From Octopus vulgaris (Eukaryota), in assembly GCA_951406725.2 (NCBI GenBank), contig OX597819.1, forward strand, positions 97,092,001-97,156,000: a DNA stretch of 64,000 bases, written 5' to 3'. Below the pieces are notes generated by a model. The model ran no database searches. It was not told the origin of the DNA and saw only the letters and a list, made by a program, of their open reading frames with translations. Below, one piece after another: positions 25,050-38,900 of this stretch. A program made the translations under genes and the position numbers. The first letter of the stretch is position 1, and each line of letters starts with the position of its first letter.

Positions 25050-27285
25050 GACATCGGGCTACAAGTAACATTAGATGCTAAGAACCCTCCTAAGTATCCT
25101 AGCTGTCCCTAATAACACTGTTTTCTGGAGCTGTACTAAACTGGGTTTTATGCCTATTTCCTCTACCTATTTGTTCAGATCTTTAGGGATTGTACCCAAT
25201 GCACATATAACTACTGGGATAGATTTTACCTGCACTGTCCATAGTCTCTGTAATTCAATGGCTAGCTCCTGGTACTTTGATATTTTTTTGTATACCTCTC
25301 ATATTAATGTTTTCATCATTTGGGACTGTAAAGTCAATCATCTGGCACTTTCTATTCTCTTTATTTACTACTACCAAATCAGGTCTTCTAATTTCTATTA
25401 CTCTGTCAGTCTGAATGTCACACAACATCTTATATTTCTTACTTCCTAATACTTTATTAGGTTCATGTTCATACCATTTATCAGTATGTTCAAATCCTAG
25501 CTTTCTACATAACTCCCAGTGGATTATTCACTCTAAATTGTCATGTCTTTTCTTATATTCTTTCTGTTCCAGTGTGCTACATTCACTTACTATGTGAGTA
25601 ATGCTTTCCTCTTTTGATTTGCATAATCTACATTGGGAATCTACATGGTTTTTGTCTATCTTGGCTTTTATCCAATTCGTCCTTAATACTTAATCTTGTA
25701 CAGCTTCTAACAAACTTTCTGTCTCTTTTTCAGCTTTCCTTTCCACAACCATGTTTCACTACTACTATTTGCTGCAACTACCTTTGGGAATCTACCCTGC
25801 AACACCTCCTCCTGCCAGTCAAATAATTTCTGTTCTTTCTTCTGGTTTTTAACTTCATTTGAGTTTTTGGTTTCCCTATGCCTTGCTGTGACTCAAGCAG
25901 CTTTTAATAAACTTTCTTCACTTTTACCTACATAAGAATCTATATCTACTCTAGAATCTATAATTATGTAGAATTACCTACATAAGAATCTATATCTACA
26001 CCATGCAGTCTTCTACTGATATTAACCCTCTTCTGCCTTCCTTTCTAAGCAGGTATAATCTTGCTATTCCTGCCCTTGGGTGGAGTCCTTCACTCATATT
26101 GAATTCCTTCCTAGTTCTTCTGTCTAGCTTTGCTAATTCAGTTTTTGTCCAATCTACAAAAGCTGCTGAGTACTTAAGTAATGATACTGCCCATTTAGCT
26201 TTGACTTCATTAGCTTCCTCACTCTTCTGATGTACTCCTTAATTTTCGTTTTCATTTCTGTAGTTAGTACTGTCCGATTCTAATACTCCTAGATACTTAT
26301 AACTCTCTCATCCTTTCAATAATTTTGATATCTGGCCATCTGGTGATTGGATGCCATCACTGTTGACTACCTGTCCCTTTCTCATGATTGATATTGCACA
26401 CTTATATATGCCAAATTCCATGCCTGTATCTTTGCAGAAGAGTCTTACAGTCTGTATTAAAGAATCTGTCTCTTTTTTTTCATTCTCGCTAAAAAACTTC
26501 AGCTCAGCCATGGTTAATTTTTCCCTATTTCTGAACTGATACCCTGCCTTTGCCTTCCTTAATATTAAACCGAGGGGGATCAAACATAAAAATATATATG
26601 AAAGGGGACAACAAGAACCCCTGGAAAATTCCTCTTTTGGTATTAACTTTCCCTAACAGTGTGTCACCTGAATAGAGATCTATTTGCCATTTCTTCATGC
26701 TACAGCTAATTAATTCTCTTATGTTGCCTGCTATATTGAATATACTCAAACATTCACTTATCCATGGGCGTGAGATCATGTCATAGGCTTTTCTATAATC
26801 TATCTATGCTATTGTTAAATTTTTCTTTCTAGCTTTTACTTCATGTGTTCCTCCCGCCTTTTTCCTGCAACTTTTCTGTTAATCTGGAAGTAAATTCTGG
26901 GCATCAAGGTGCTTGTAAATGCTTTCTGAAAGCATTTCTTTTAAGGCCTTCCACACTAATGGTAAGCAAGTGATTGGTCTATAGTTGATAGCTGTATTAC
27001 CCTTGCTCTGATCTTTCATGATGAGTATTGTCCTTCCTCTAGTCATCCATTGTGGTATTATTCCTCCATTAAGGCAATCTTGAAGTTGTTCTCTCAGCCT
27101 CTCATGTAAACTACTAAATATCTTCAGCCGGTACCCTTGAACTAAATCTGGTCCTGGGCCCTTCCAATTTGGCATTTTCCCTAACACTTCCTTCATGAAT
27201 GCACTACTTAATCTTAGATCTGCCTGCTTCTCATTCACTACTTTTCCCCTCACTTTCTTTAACTATAACTTCATCTTCATTATGA
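25050..27285 (-). mobile_element. 5'-truncated, decayed R4/Dong-type non-LTR retrotransposon (RT plus restriction-like endonuclease)
   Basis: Minus-strand peptides KMPNWKGPGPDLVQGY...PQWMTRGRTILIMKD...NYRPITCLPLVWK, KRGIFQG.LLSP and GMEFGIYKCA, with C-terminal LQKTVLLGTARILRRVL. Many stops and frameshifts. Confidence 0.9.
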
Positions 27286-27293
27286 TTATTATT

Positions 27294-27515
27294 AAGGCGG
27301 CAAGCTGGCAGAATTGTTAGTGCGCTGAATGAAATGCTTAGTAGTGTTTTGCTCATCACTATGTTCTGAGTTCAAATTCTGCTGAGGCCGACTTGGTCTT
27401 TCATCCTTTTGGGGTCAATAAAATAAATACCAGATGAACACTGGGGTCTATGTAATCGACTCATCTCCTCCCACCAAATTGCTGTCCTTGTGGCAAAATT
27501 TGAAACTATTATTAT
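27294..27515 (+). mobile_element. Family A SINE
   Basis: AAGGCGGCAAGCTGGCAGAATTGTTAG...GAGTTCAAATTC...CTTGTGGCAAAATTTGAAAC(TAT)n. Confidence 0.85.
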
Positions 27516-28486
27516 TAGTTATGATCAGCAATTCCATTTAAAGAGCTATGTGAACCAGTTGTATGGGGTTGGTGCAATTTCTCACAGCTGAGATTCAATA
27601 CAATATTTTACAAATCAACACAAAAGACCACTGTCATAGGTCTGAATACATAGAAATACTTGTGGCTTTCATTTACAAAAAACTGTACAGTTGGAAAGTC
27701 GTTTTATTGTCAACAGAATTCATATATTTAGACATGACAAAAAGTTGCACCATTTATCACGGAAATGTTGACAGCTTTTCTAACTCTTTACATATATACA
27801 GAGTGGGGAGACTGCTCTGAAAATTTAATCATTTGCAGGAATTACTAGATAGTCTACCGCTGTAATATCTACCCCTTAACTGCAGAATGTATAAAATATC
27901 TACAAACAAAACAAAGTGTTGTCTTTAGTCGGCTATAATAGTATGCATGTGAATATACTGATTTTGGACTGTAAGAGTCTAATGAAACAGAGATTGGTGG
28001 TATTTTCTACAAGGGAAACAGATTGAGCTTTTAGAAAAATTCAAAAAGAGATTCTTGAGGAAAAGGACAGTAAAAGGAGTCAAATAGCAATTTTGAGCCA
28101 TCTTGCAATGATGGTCAATATGGTCCAAAGAGTAGAGACCATATATTCTAATAACTATTTAACAAATCAATAAAGGGAATTATGTGATTAGTCATCTTAC
28201 AAGAAATAGCAACCAAGAATTTCTTAAATCATGCTATACTGTTTTACAAAACAAAGAAAACTAGATACACTGTAGTCCTTGTAGTCCTAGATACACTATA
28301 TACAAATAACGAAAAAAAAACCCAAAATGGTCATGATTGGAACACTTTTGATCATAGACCAAGTGTTACCCAGGGCTAAACAATATATTTAAAGTAGTAG
28401 TAAGTAAAATAAAATCGGTCATCAGAATAATGTAACAGAGGACAAATTGTGAGTGCATACATAAAACAGTTTCCCTGCAGGATACA

Positions 28487-28523
<37 letters not shown>

Positions 28524-29149
28524 AAAGAGAGAGTGAAAAAAAATCCATGATGAAGCAACAAGGTGGGAGGATGAAAGGTTGGGGAGATTCACTTCAAAGA
28601 AAAACAAAAATCATTGAATAGATCTCAACTTTTTTTAATGTGGTTTTGCTTTCATTGCAGATGAGTATAAACATGCTTTCATTGGAAGGAAAATACAAAG
28701 AGTTGCAGTGAGTTTGATGTGGTGATAGATAGAAATAGCACTCTTATGTTACTGTTAAGTAATTAACATTAAATACAGCTACTCTTTATGCTCAACTGTG
28801 TGTGTGTGTGTGTAGATAGACAGATAGATAGATAGATATATAACTTCATCCAGGGCCAGGTTAACGGCATTAAAAGTGGCAATCCAAATCAAGCTCTTTC
28901 AGAGTAGTAAAGTAGACGAATGCAGTTAGGCTTGAGACATACTTACACAATAGTTCTGGGTTCAGTCCCACTACATGGCATTTCGGGCAAGTCTCTTAGT
29001 GCCCTTTACTATAGACTCAACCCAAACAAAGCTTTGTGAGTGGATATGGTAGACAGTAACTGAAAGAAGTCCATCATTGTGTATGTGTGTATCTACTGGT
29101 ACATTATACACATGTATCAGCTGCATTATATACAAGTATATATCACCTT

Positions 29150-29455
29150 GGCATGGGAGCCAGTCAGGCATGTAAAAAGCACCATCCGAATGTGGTCGAT
29201 GCCAGTGCCCTGTGAATGGCTCCCGTGCTGGTGGCATGTAAAAAGCACTATCCAAATGTGATCGATGCCAGGGACCCCTGACTGGCTCCTGTGCTGGTGG
29301 CACATAAAAAGCACCCACTCTCAGAGTGGTTGGCATTCAGTTGTAGAAACATTGCCAGATCAGATGGGAGCCTGGTGCAGCTGCTGGCTTTCCAGACCTC
29401 AGTCAAACCCATACCAGTATGGAAAACCAATGTTAAACGATGATGATGATGATGT
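29150..29455 (+). mobile_element. Retroposon 3' region with an internal ~65-bp tandem repeat and (GAT)n tail
   Basis: GGCATGTAAAAAGCAC.ATCC.AATGTG.TCGATGCCAG occurs twice plus a partial third copy, followed by the common tail. Confidence 0.7.
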
Positions 29456-30740
29456 ACATGATACATGTGTTATTTATGTGTACATTATATGAATATATGT
29501 CCCATACACAAACACTAGTCATGAAATATAACCCCAGGTCAGTTCTGTCATCAAAAACAGTCCAGCAATGACCATCTTGCCATGTGTTTAGGAACAATAT
29601 ATTTAGAACCAAATTATCCAATGTGTCCATCTTTCAGGTGATGTCTGTCAAGATGGGTTTACCTGCTATTTCCAGTTTCCAGCAAGTCTTCTGACAACAT
29701 AGAGGGTTTCTCATTTGTATTCCAGAGATTTATATCAACACAAGCAAGAGAACACATATGTCATAAAAAGTATAGCAGCATGTGTGTATAGCAACATGAA
29801 TGTATATACATGTTATCAATCATCATTTTTAACATCCAATTTTCCTAATTAACGTAATATTTTCCTAGTGACCAGATTGTCTTTTTGCCAAAGATTGGAA
29901 GTGAAAGACACCACATGCATGACGGTGATACTTACTTGCAGCTTTCATGCGAAGTCAAAGCAAGGGGACAGTAATACAGGCACACACACATAACAATATT
30001 CTGTATAGATTATCATTTTCCCAACTTCTTTTTCACCATTTTAATAGACATGGTGGGAAGGTTTAACTGAAATATTTGATTGGTTCCTAAAATCTAGAAA
30101 TTCACCTTGCCTCTTTCAATTCAGCTGTCAAGCATGAATAGACATGGGGTGAAGTAGACAAACTAAGGCAATGTGAATTACATGAATAACCACAAAAAGA
30201 TAAAATAAAATAAAAAATAACAGCTTTAGTAATCTCAGAAAAGATGAACATAAGGGTTTGTATTTGATCCTCACCTCGCATATTTGTATATTTTTAACCA
30301 GAAAAGATAAAAATGTTTTACCAATGTCTGCAGCATTATTTGAACTACTAAAGTTAAAACAAGACCAAAGACATCAATTCCATGTCTTTTAGATTTTAGA
30401 ATTGGGAATATATTTTATGCAAAAGAAACATAAGCATATGACAAAATTTTTATGGTATTGATTATACATTATCACATATCCACACACAAGCTGCATTTTC
30501 TTGTGTGTGTGTGTGTGTGTATGGTATTTGTGTACATAACCTGTATACATACAGGTTTATGTACACAAACACTTCAAAATGGTTAACATTAAGAAGAGCA
30601 TCCAGCTGTAGAAACCAAGCCAAATTAGACTGGCATAGCTTTCTGATTTGCCAGCTCTGGTCAGACTGTCCAACCCATGCCAGCATGGAAAAAGGACATT
30701 AAAAGATTATGAAGATTTTAGATAGATAGATAGGTAGATA

Positions 30741-30966
30741 TATTTCTTTATTGCCCACAAGGGGCTAAACAGAGGGGACAAACAAGGACAGACAAAGGGA
30801 TTAAGTTGATTACATTGACCCCAGTGCGAAACTGGTACTTTATTTATCGACCCCGAAAGGATGAAAGACAAAGTTGATCTTGGCGGAATTTTAACTCAGA
30901 ACGTAACGTCAGACGAAATACGGCTACGCATTTTGCCCGGCATGCTAACGTTTCTGCCAGCTTGCC
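30741..30966 (-). mobile_element. Young family A SINE with target-site duplication
   Basis: CpG-rich and closely matches the reverse complement of 55033-55266. Flanked by AGGTAGATA at 30732-30740 and 30967-30975. Confidence 0.9.
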
Positions 30967-31906
30967 AGGTAGATAGATATGCATGTATGTACATACATGC
31001 ACAACCAAGCACAAAGTTGCCGCTGACCCTCTACATATTTCATACCGTCAACAACTATGGTGCTGGGTGGTTGACCTTGAGATTTCTCCATTACAGAATT
31101 TTAGTCTTCACCAAAATAGTTCTGTAATAAAATGCTACCACTTAAAAATGATAGCTGCTGATAATCTATTAAAGAATCCTGCTTCAGACAAATGATAATA
31201 TTGCAGATAAATTCCTACCTGGAGTGCAGTCTATACTTGCAGAAATTTGTCTATAATCAGTCAAAGTGTACAGCTACTTACCTGCAAAGAGAAGAAAAAG
31301 ATATTTTTAGAAACATTTTGAAGGTTTCAGTTTTTTTTTTTTTATTTTTAAATTCATTTATTTATTTTTCAAAATAAAGATTCTACCTTCGATTACTATT
31401 TAAAGGTAGAAGACAACAATATTGCTTTCACAAAAAATAGTTATTATTACTTCTAACATACACACAACAACAACAAATATACCACTACACAGATGTACAC
31501 ACACAACTGTACAAGAGACAGCAACATTTCACAAAGACCTTCAAAGAAGCATGTATACGATCAATATAGAGAGAGATAGGTTCCACCTTTCAGATTACAG
31601 CATATGATGTCCACCACCCACATCATCACCCACCACTTGTATTTCTACATTATTCTAGATACATCATTATTATCATCATTTTTACATCCCTTTTTCTGTA
31701 CTTGTATGGGTTAGATAGATGTCACTTCCTCTCTATGTCCTTTATCATCTTGAAACACAGAACTATTTTTGGCTTGGTTCATGCAGTAAGATGTCTAGCT
31801 CTTAAGCATTCAAATTACTCTGTCAACTATAATGCTTATTTATTTGCATTATTTTAAATTGATCATACGTTATCTCATAGCTTTGTAATTTCAATGATGT
31901 GGTTAT

Positions 31907-32943
31907 TTACCTCTATCTTCACTAAGGCGGAGGTATTGTTTTCAGTCATGTTTGTTTGTCCATGGACAAGATACCTCAAGAACTGCTGGATGGATTTGGA
32001 TGAAACTTTCAGGGATGTTTGGACTCATAACTGGCACGAACTGATTAGATTTGGGGATTAATCCAGTACCGGACAAGGATTCTGGATTATTTATTATATT
32101 TACTTTACTTTACATGAAGTATTACGATCTTATGTTCACTTTCAAGTCTTTCTCTGATTATCTCCCTTGAAAGCACACTCACAGTTTCCATGATGGTTTT
32201 GTTGCCTCTAAAGTTTTATTTTTGTTTCTCTATTATTAATTTTACTCACGTCTCTATCTCAGTAGAAACTGATGGCTAAAGAAATCAAACTACATAAACA
32301 AATGGCAGCAAGACTGTTCAGAAATTAAATAACACTAACATTCAGTAACAATGATAAATTTAATCTATCCTCAACAATTTTTAGTTTTACCAATTTTGAA
32401 TACATTGCTCCTGTTTAAAACCTCTTACCTACATGACAATTGCATTTCTAGCTTTGCCTTGAAGGAAGCTTTACTACTTGGACTCACGTTTTCATGTGTA
32501 ATGATGTTAAACCTCTGTTAACAGCACCATATGTAGGTCATTTCCGTTTTCTTTCACGCATGAATAAATTTTTCACTATAGACTTTAATGGTCATAAAGA
32601 CACTATATCACTGGGTAGACTAAAAATAAGGCCTTCATAGAGAAAACTGTCCCTGTTCCCACTGCAGATGACACACACACATTACAATCACAGCCCACAC
32701 ACCCACCTTTACCATGACTACCATTGGGATCGATCAGGTACCGGACAAGGATTCTGGATTATTTTTCTGGGTTTTTTTTTACGTAATTTTTGAGAGCAGT
32801 CGTGTTAATTTTTAGTATTCTTTTTGTGAGAGCAGTTGAGTTTATTTCAGATATCCTCATTTTAAAAATCATCTCCAGCTAATCGTCGAGAGGATGTTGG
32901 TGTTACCTTGACAGAGGTTTGTGCTCTCTCAGTGCTCTTATTT
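31907..32943 (+). mobile_element. Helentron-type non-autonomous rolling-circle element (HINE/DINE-1-like)
   Basis: Inserted in a T-run. It has a degenerate 5' palindrome ACCTCTATCTT-CACT-AAGGCGGAGGT, a short (GTTT)n, a 3' subterminal repeat CCTTGACAGAGGT and a degenerate terminal stem-loop GTGCTCTCTCAGTGC. Confidence 0.7.
32482..32643 (+). pseudogene. Gypsy (Metaviridae) integrase C-terminal GPY/F-region fragment
   Basis: THVFMCNDVKPLLTAPYVGHFRFLSRMNKFFTIDFNGHKDTISLGRLK resembles the THVFVR.DA..PPL..PY.GPFRVL.R..K.FTID.NGR.DTVS.DRLK pattern of Gypsy integrases. Confidence 0.8.
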
Positions 32944-35900
32944 ATTTTAGAATGACACTGTAGGATAAATGTGAAAAGCAAAATCTGGTCAGTTTGAACA
33001 TAAAACTGGTAGAATATTTGGGCTGGATATGGCTGGTTTAAATGCTAAAGGGTTAATATAATCAACCATTTCACAGTATGGTTATACATGATCATGCCTG
33101 TGTCATTTGAGAGGTTGTCTGCATCAGAAATAAATGTCCTATCTACTCTGTACCATATTTTATTTGAAGTTACTGTCAGCTGTATCACATGTGCTACAGC
33201 TTGAGATATCCCATGTCACCATTATTTGCTCCTTATGGCTGTATGGTTAAGAAGTTCACTACTCAACTGTAGGGTTTTTGGTTCAGCCCCACTGCGTAGC
33301 ACCTTTAGCAAATATCTACTACTACAGCCCCAGGGCAACCAAAACCTTGTGAGTGAATTTGGTAAATGGAAATTAAAAGAAGCCTGTCTCATGCATGTGT
33401 GTATACGTATGCATGTGTGAAGTTTAGGTGCATTTGTTTATATTTGTGCTTCTTAAACATAAGAGAAAAAATACCACTTAGTCATTTCTCCTGTCAAGTC
33501 ACCTGCTGGCTTTACACTTGTAAAACAAGTGGAATAAATATACATTTACTTGAAAATGTATAAGGAAAAGCTATAAACAATGCCTCAATAATATATTCAT
33601 GTAACCCAAGCAAACATAGAAAGATAGACATATAAATAAATTAGCAAATGAGACACACATATTATGTATAGTGGGGTTTTTTGAAGAAAACATCCAAAGT
33701 AGACTTCTTTCAAATTTAGTACTCAATGCATAATACAAAAGTAGAATTTTAGAATTTTATATTTTGAGACATTACACTATAACTGTTTCTACTTCAAGGT
33801 GTTTTTACAACTAGGAAAAGAAAACTTATTAGTAGAAATGACCACAGTGTAACATCTTGTTGGCATCACTAAAAAGTGTCCAGGACATTCTGTGAAGTGG
33901 TTAGCATAAGGAAGAGCATCCAGCGATAGGAACTACGCCAAAACTGAAACACCATCCTCTAGCTTGTTGGATACACTCAAACCATCCAGCCATGGACAGC
34001 AAATATGAAATAATCATACACACAATCCTCTCGTCTGTTTGTACATATGGGATTGGTATGTATTAGGGCATGGGACCAATTAGTATAGTCATCAGAACAC
34101 CAGGTAGAATGTTTTGTGGCATTCATTCCAATATTCTGCACCCAAGTTCAAATCCTGCTGAAGTCAATTTTTGCCTTTTGCCTTTGTAGGATCAATAAAT
34201 AAAGTACCAGTCCAGTCAAAGGATCAATTCTCTCCATTTACATTTTTACTTATTTTACTGTGAAAGAAAATAGCTGTTTATACATGGGGAGGAATGGCTT
34301 CACCAGGTTTTAAACATCCAAGATAACTGTAAGTTACAATGGTGCTCCTACAACTCTACCTGGAGAGAAATTTTGAATAAGTAGGTGAAGTGGTTGTCTT
34401 GTCACTAAATACCAGTTGCAGAGGCTGAAACCAAAACACTGGTTGGGTCTAGGAGGAGAGCATTAAAGATAGGTCTAATTTGTACGGTAAAATGTATCGG
34501 AGCAATAAAAAGTTGTTATATACCATTGAGAGAAAGTTGTTAAATGGAGGGTTCACTAGAGAGAAGGTTTTGCATGCCAGAAACAAGTTATCGGTGTGCC
34601 ATGTTTGGCATGTGAGCCAGGGGTTGCTCACACCTGGGTTAGTCAGTTCATTATTATTGTGGTTGCAGTTAGAAATGGTATGTGTTTTAATCTAGCGAGA
34701 TAGAAAGGGAAGCTTTTTTGACCACATATGAATGTATTCATCATAATATGTAAGATGTACAAATCCACATACATGAATATACATCAGAGTTCTATTTTGT
34801 TTTTCTCTTATGAATCCTTTTGACACCAAACAAAAGGTTGTTGAGGAAATTGAATATCAACTAGAGGAAATTATATGTTCGTACACACACACACTGAATC
34901 AATGGAGAAGTATAATAAATCAGTCCAGAATGAGAAAGAAATTAGGAAAGTAATGTAACAAAACCTTATGACAGTCTACTTCCTAGATTCCAATATTGCA
35001 TTGTAGCCATACTAATGAATAGGTTAACGAGTATTGGTACAGATACAAGACATCATTGCTAATATATGTGATGTGATATTAATATGCCACAACACAGATT
35101 TCATTGTCAACAACAGACTAGGCCTCTAGTGAATGAGATGGCTTTTCTTTATTACAGTGTTATATGATTATATGAAATAACTTTTTAACAAGACTGCTCT
35201 TATTAGATAGCTGAGACACCAAGAATAGCACTAAAAAAAAAAAAAATCTGCATTACCATTTCTGTATAATTTGCCAATACAGCCAACCATAAAAAAGGGG
35301 AGAAAATTGAGTATTCGAATGTACTCTAGACTAGACTTAATCTTCTATTATAACTCCATTCATTACAAGAATATAAATCAACTATAATACTTTGGTTTTA
35401 CTGGTAGCAGAAAGATGGAAAATGAAGTTAGTCATGGCAGAATTTGAACTCACTGTGACAAGCCAGAATTAAATACCAAAAAGCAATTTATCCAAATCTG
35501 TATATTATAATATATTCTTTACTCCAAATGTAAAGGATAGAGATTTGAAGTGTACAAGAAGCAATAATAGTTCAACAAATAATCAACTTTCTTTCTGTAT
35601 TAAGCTTCATTGATGTTTTATCAGAATTTAGTATGCAGCTTCAAACATAGTGTTAAAATTCACAAATGAAAAAAATTCTCAAGTGATAACATTGAAGAAA
35701 ATTACTAAAATCGTGACAAATAAGATTTCTATTGGTAAAATCAAAGAGAAATTCCACTAATTACTGAGTTAAATAAAATAAATGTTAGACAATTGTAGTG
35801 ACAACTATTTCACCACTACTGGCACCTTACCAAAGTCAAATGTGAAACTGGAAAAGTGAAGATTATGATGAAGTTTAGCTGTTGCAAGGTGACAGTTTCA

Positions 35901-38900
35901 AGAAATGAAGTAAACACAACTTGATAAAAGTCAACATTGATGGTTATCTTATTGTTTCATATTTATTCTAAAACATACACACACACACATGCACAGTTTT
36001 CTTTCAGTACATGACATGAATAATCAATGTTTAAAAAGAAAGGCCAATATGGAGACCTAAATTAGCACTTATTCTAGCTACTAGACTGAAACTTCTTTTA
36101 TCTTTCATTTTTTCAGTCACTGGACCATTGCCCCGCTGGAGCACTACTTTGAACAGCTTTAGTCAAATAAATCAACCTCCAACACTTATTTTTGTTTATT
36201 TTTTTAACTTGTTTCAGTCATTAGACTGGCCATACTGGGCCACCATCTTGAATAATTTTATTTGAACAAATCCGCCACAGTACTTCCAATTGTCAAGCAA
36301 TGGTAGAGAACAAACACAGCGATGAACACACACACATGATGGGCTTTTTTCAGTTTTTGTCTACCAAATTCATTCACAAGGCTTTGGTGGGCCTGAGGCA
36401 ACATTTGTCTAAGGTACCACATGGTGGGATTGAACCCAGAACCATCTCATTGGCAGAGCATTTTTTTGATCTATGGACCTCTATGTTACAGGCCTTGCTT
36501 TTCTTTTTAAGTTTGGTACTTATTCTATTGCTCTCTTTTGACAGGCTGCCAAATTAAAGAGGCTCAAAGAAACCAGCTCCAGCTGTCAAGTGGTGGGGCA
36601 AACACAAATACATGCACATACACAAATATATGATGGGTTTCCACACAGTTTTTGTCTAAAAATTCACTCACATGGCATTGGTTAGCTTGGGGCAATAGTA
36701 GAAAACACTTACCCAAAGAAGCCATGCAATGAGATTGAGCCCAAGACCACTTGGTTGCAAAACAAGCTTCTTAACCACACTACTGTAACTACTACACTTA
36801 TGAGCTATGTCTAAAGATTCTTACAAAACAATTTTATAGTTGAAGCTGGCACAACAGGCTTCCAACAAAAAATTCTCAAATCTGTGAATCAATAGTTAAA
36901 AATATTCTAAGATATAATTACAAGTGATGGTGGTGGTGGTGATAGTTGTTACTGAATTTCTATAGAAATTAAATGTATTTAAGAAAATCTGAAAAAGAAA
37001 TAGTGAATGAATGACTATTTAAAGATGAGTGGTAAATATTGAATTATGGTAGGAAATCATGAAAAGAAAGTTTTAAGGAGAAAAATGAACATCTTCAGGT
37101 TGTAATGAACCATGATGAAATAAACAAGAATTTATTTAATTTGTCTTCAATAAATCATTCTTTGAAAGATTCCGATGAATTAACAGACAATATGCTGGCA
37201 GTGAAAGTAAGTCAGGAAAATACAGTAATAGACAGCGCTGTTGACTTAAAACTCACTGCTACTCACCCACATGGAGTGGTTAAAATAAAATTGTCTAATT
37301 ATATAGCAATTCAGCTTTATAGGAAGAATGCAGTTACTATGAGATGACATTTGGTTCTGTAGAAAAAGAACCAGAAGTTAACAGGTGAAGTAGAAAAAGG
37401 CAAAAGTCTTCAGCAGGTTATTGCTATAGTAGAGTTAGTAAGAAGAAAAAAATATTAGCATAGACACTGAAAATAACTTTTTAATAATAAATGTTATATA
37501 TAACTATATTCTGGTACATCGAAGCCATTAATACAGCTTGCTGTCTTCACCGTATTCCATAAAAAAGAAAAAAAACTAAATTTTCATTTTGCACTCACAG
37601 GTATAGTGGCAATTAAAGGAAAACTTGGAGAGGAATTAAACATTATCACCAAGGATGTGACAAAACCAAATCCAAATACCCAGTATTTGGTGATGTGACA
37701 ATGTTAAATAATGATAACTGTAATTTTAATGTGACTGGCGGTGATATACAGTTGCCTATCTATATCTGGGTATTTGTCACAATTACTGCTATGGTCACTG
37801 CTACATGAAACCTCACACTATGATCCTTTTATTCCTGCCTGTTCATTCATGCAGGTTACAACAGTGAAAAGATGAAACAACAAATAGCCAAACTGTTAGT
37901 TTGACAATAATTATCTCCTTTAGTTGTAATCAAAGCATGTCAGGTTTGCTGTTTGACATTTATAAATATGGTATTACAGGTAAAACTACTGTAGGTCAAT
38001 AAAAGTGTGCTGATCCAGCGTAGTGAATTGGTGAAACTGTTAGAATTTCAGACAAGATGATTTGCTGTATCTGTACTAACTCTCCATGTTCTGATGGCAA
38101 TGCCTGCAATAACACTGGTATGGGGTTATAGTTGTGTTTCCTTTGAACAACACTGGATGTGTTGTGAGGAGGAGAGATATGCACAGATAACTGATACACA
38201 GACATAGGAAGGAAGAAAAAAATCTTGGTCAGACTTGTGCATGCCGATGTAGATTCATAGTCAATTGTGGCTGATGAGAGCCATAGTGATAGTGTAAGAA
38301 GAATATTTCCAATAGTTGTACATAATTCAGTTGACTCAGTAACAGCATCCTTCATTTCCAAAATTTAAATGTCATTTATTGTAAGTTATTGACAACCAAT
38401 TTGATCTGCTGTTGACATCCTACACATCCTCTGCAGTTCTAGCTTATAATCAAAATCAAACTGTAGAGTATCTCAAATATAATTTCTAACCTTCACTGGA
38501 GATAAAATTTTCACTATGTATTCACTAAGGTGTTCATGCCAAGACTATCTAGTTTTTCATATATAAAAGACTACACATGGCCAAAGACAGTAGGAAGTGA
38601 TTCAGGAAATATTTGGGGCTATTTGTAGCAGGACAAGTATCTACGTAGAGGTTCCTTCTCTTTGGTTCATGGAGTGTTATTACAGTTGGTACAGCAAGGA
38701 AATATAGCAATGACAATATAGCCGAACAAATATGATTAAAGTAATGCTAATAATAAAGGAAATATGATACAATGGGGATAGTGATGACGATAATTGCAGT
38801 GATGATGGTGATGACAACAATGATAAAAAGAAGAATTCTAAGTCAAAACTATGGAATTTACAGAAAAATACTGTTTCCATTAGTGTATTATTGATCCTTT

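Larger units (their letters stand above)
31795..33056. mobile_element. piggyBac-type MITE split by a ~1-kb insertion
   Basis: 31795-31906 and 32944-33056 together reconstruct the intact MITE seen at 57994-58214. The right end is AATGCTAAAGGG-TTAA. Confidence 0.85.

Noticed and set aside
37996-38361. 121-aa minus-strand ORF
   Set aside because: Non-ATG start, no recognisable domain and no convincing splice boundaries.
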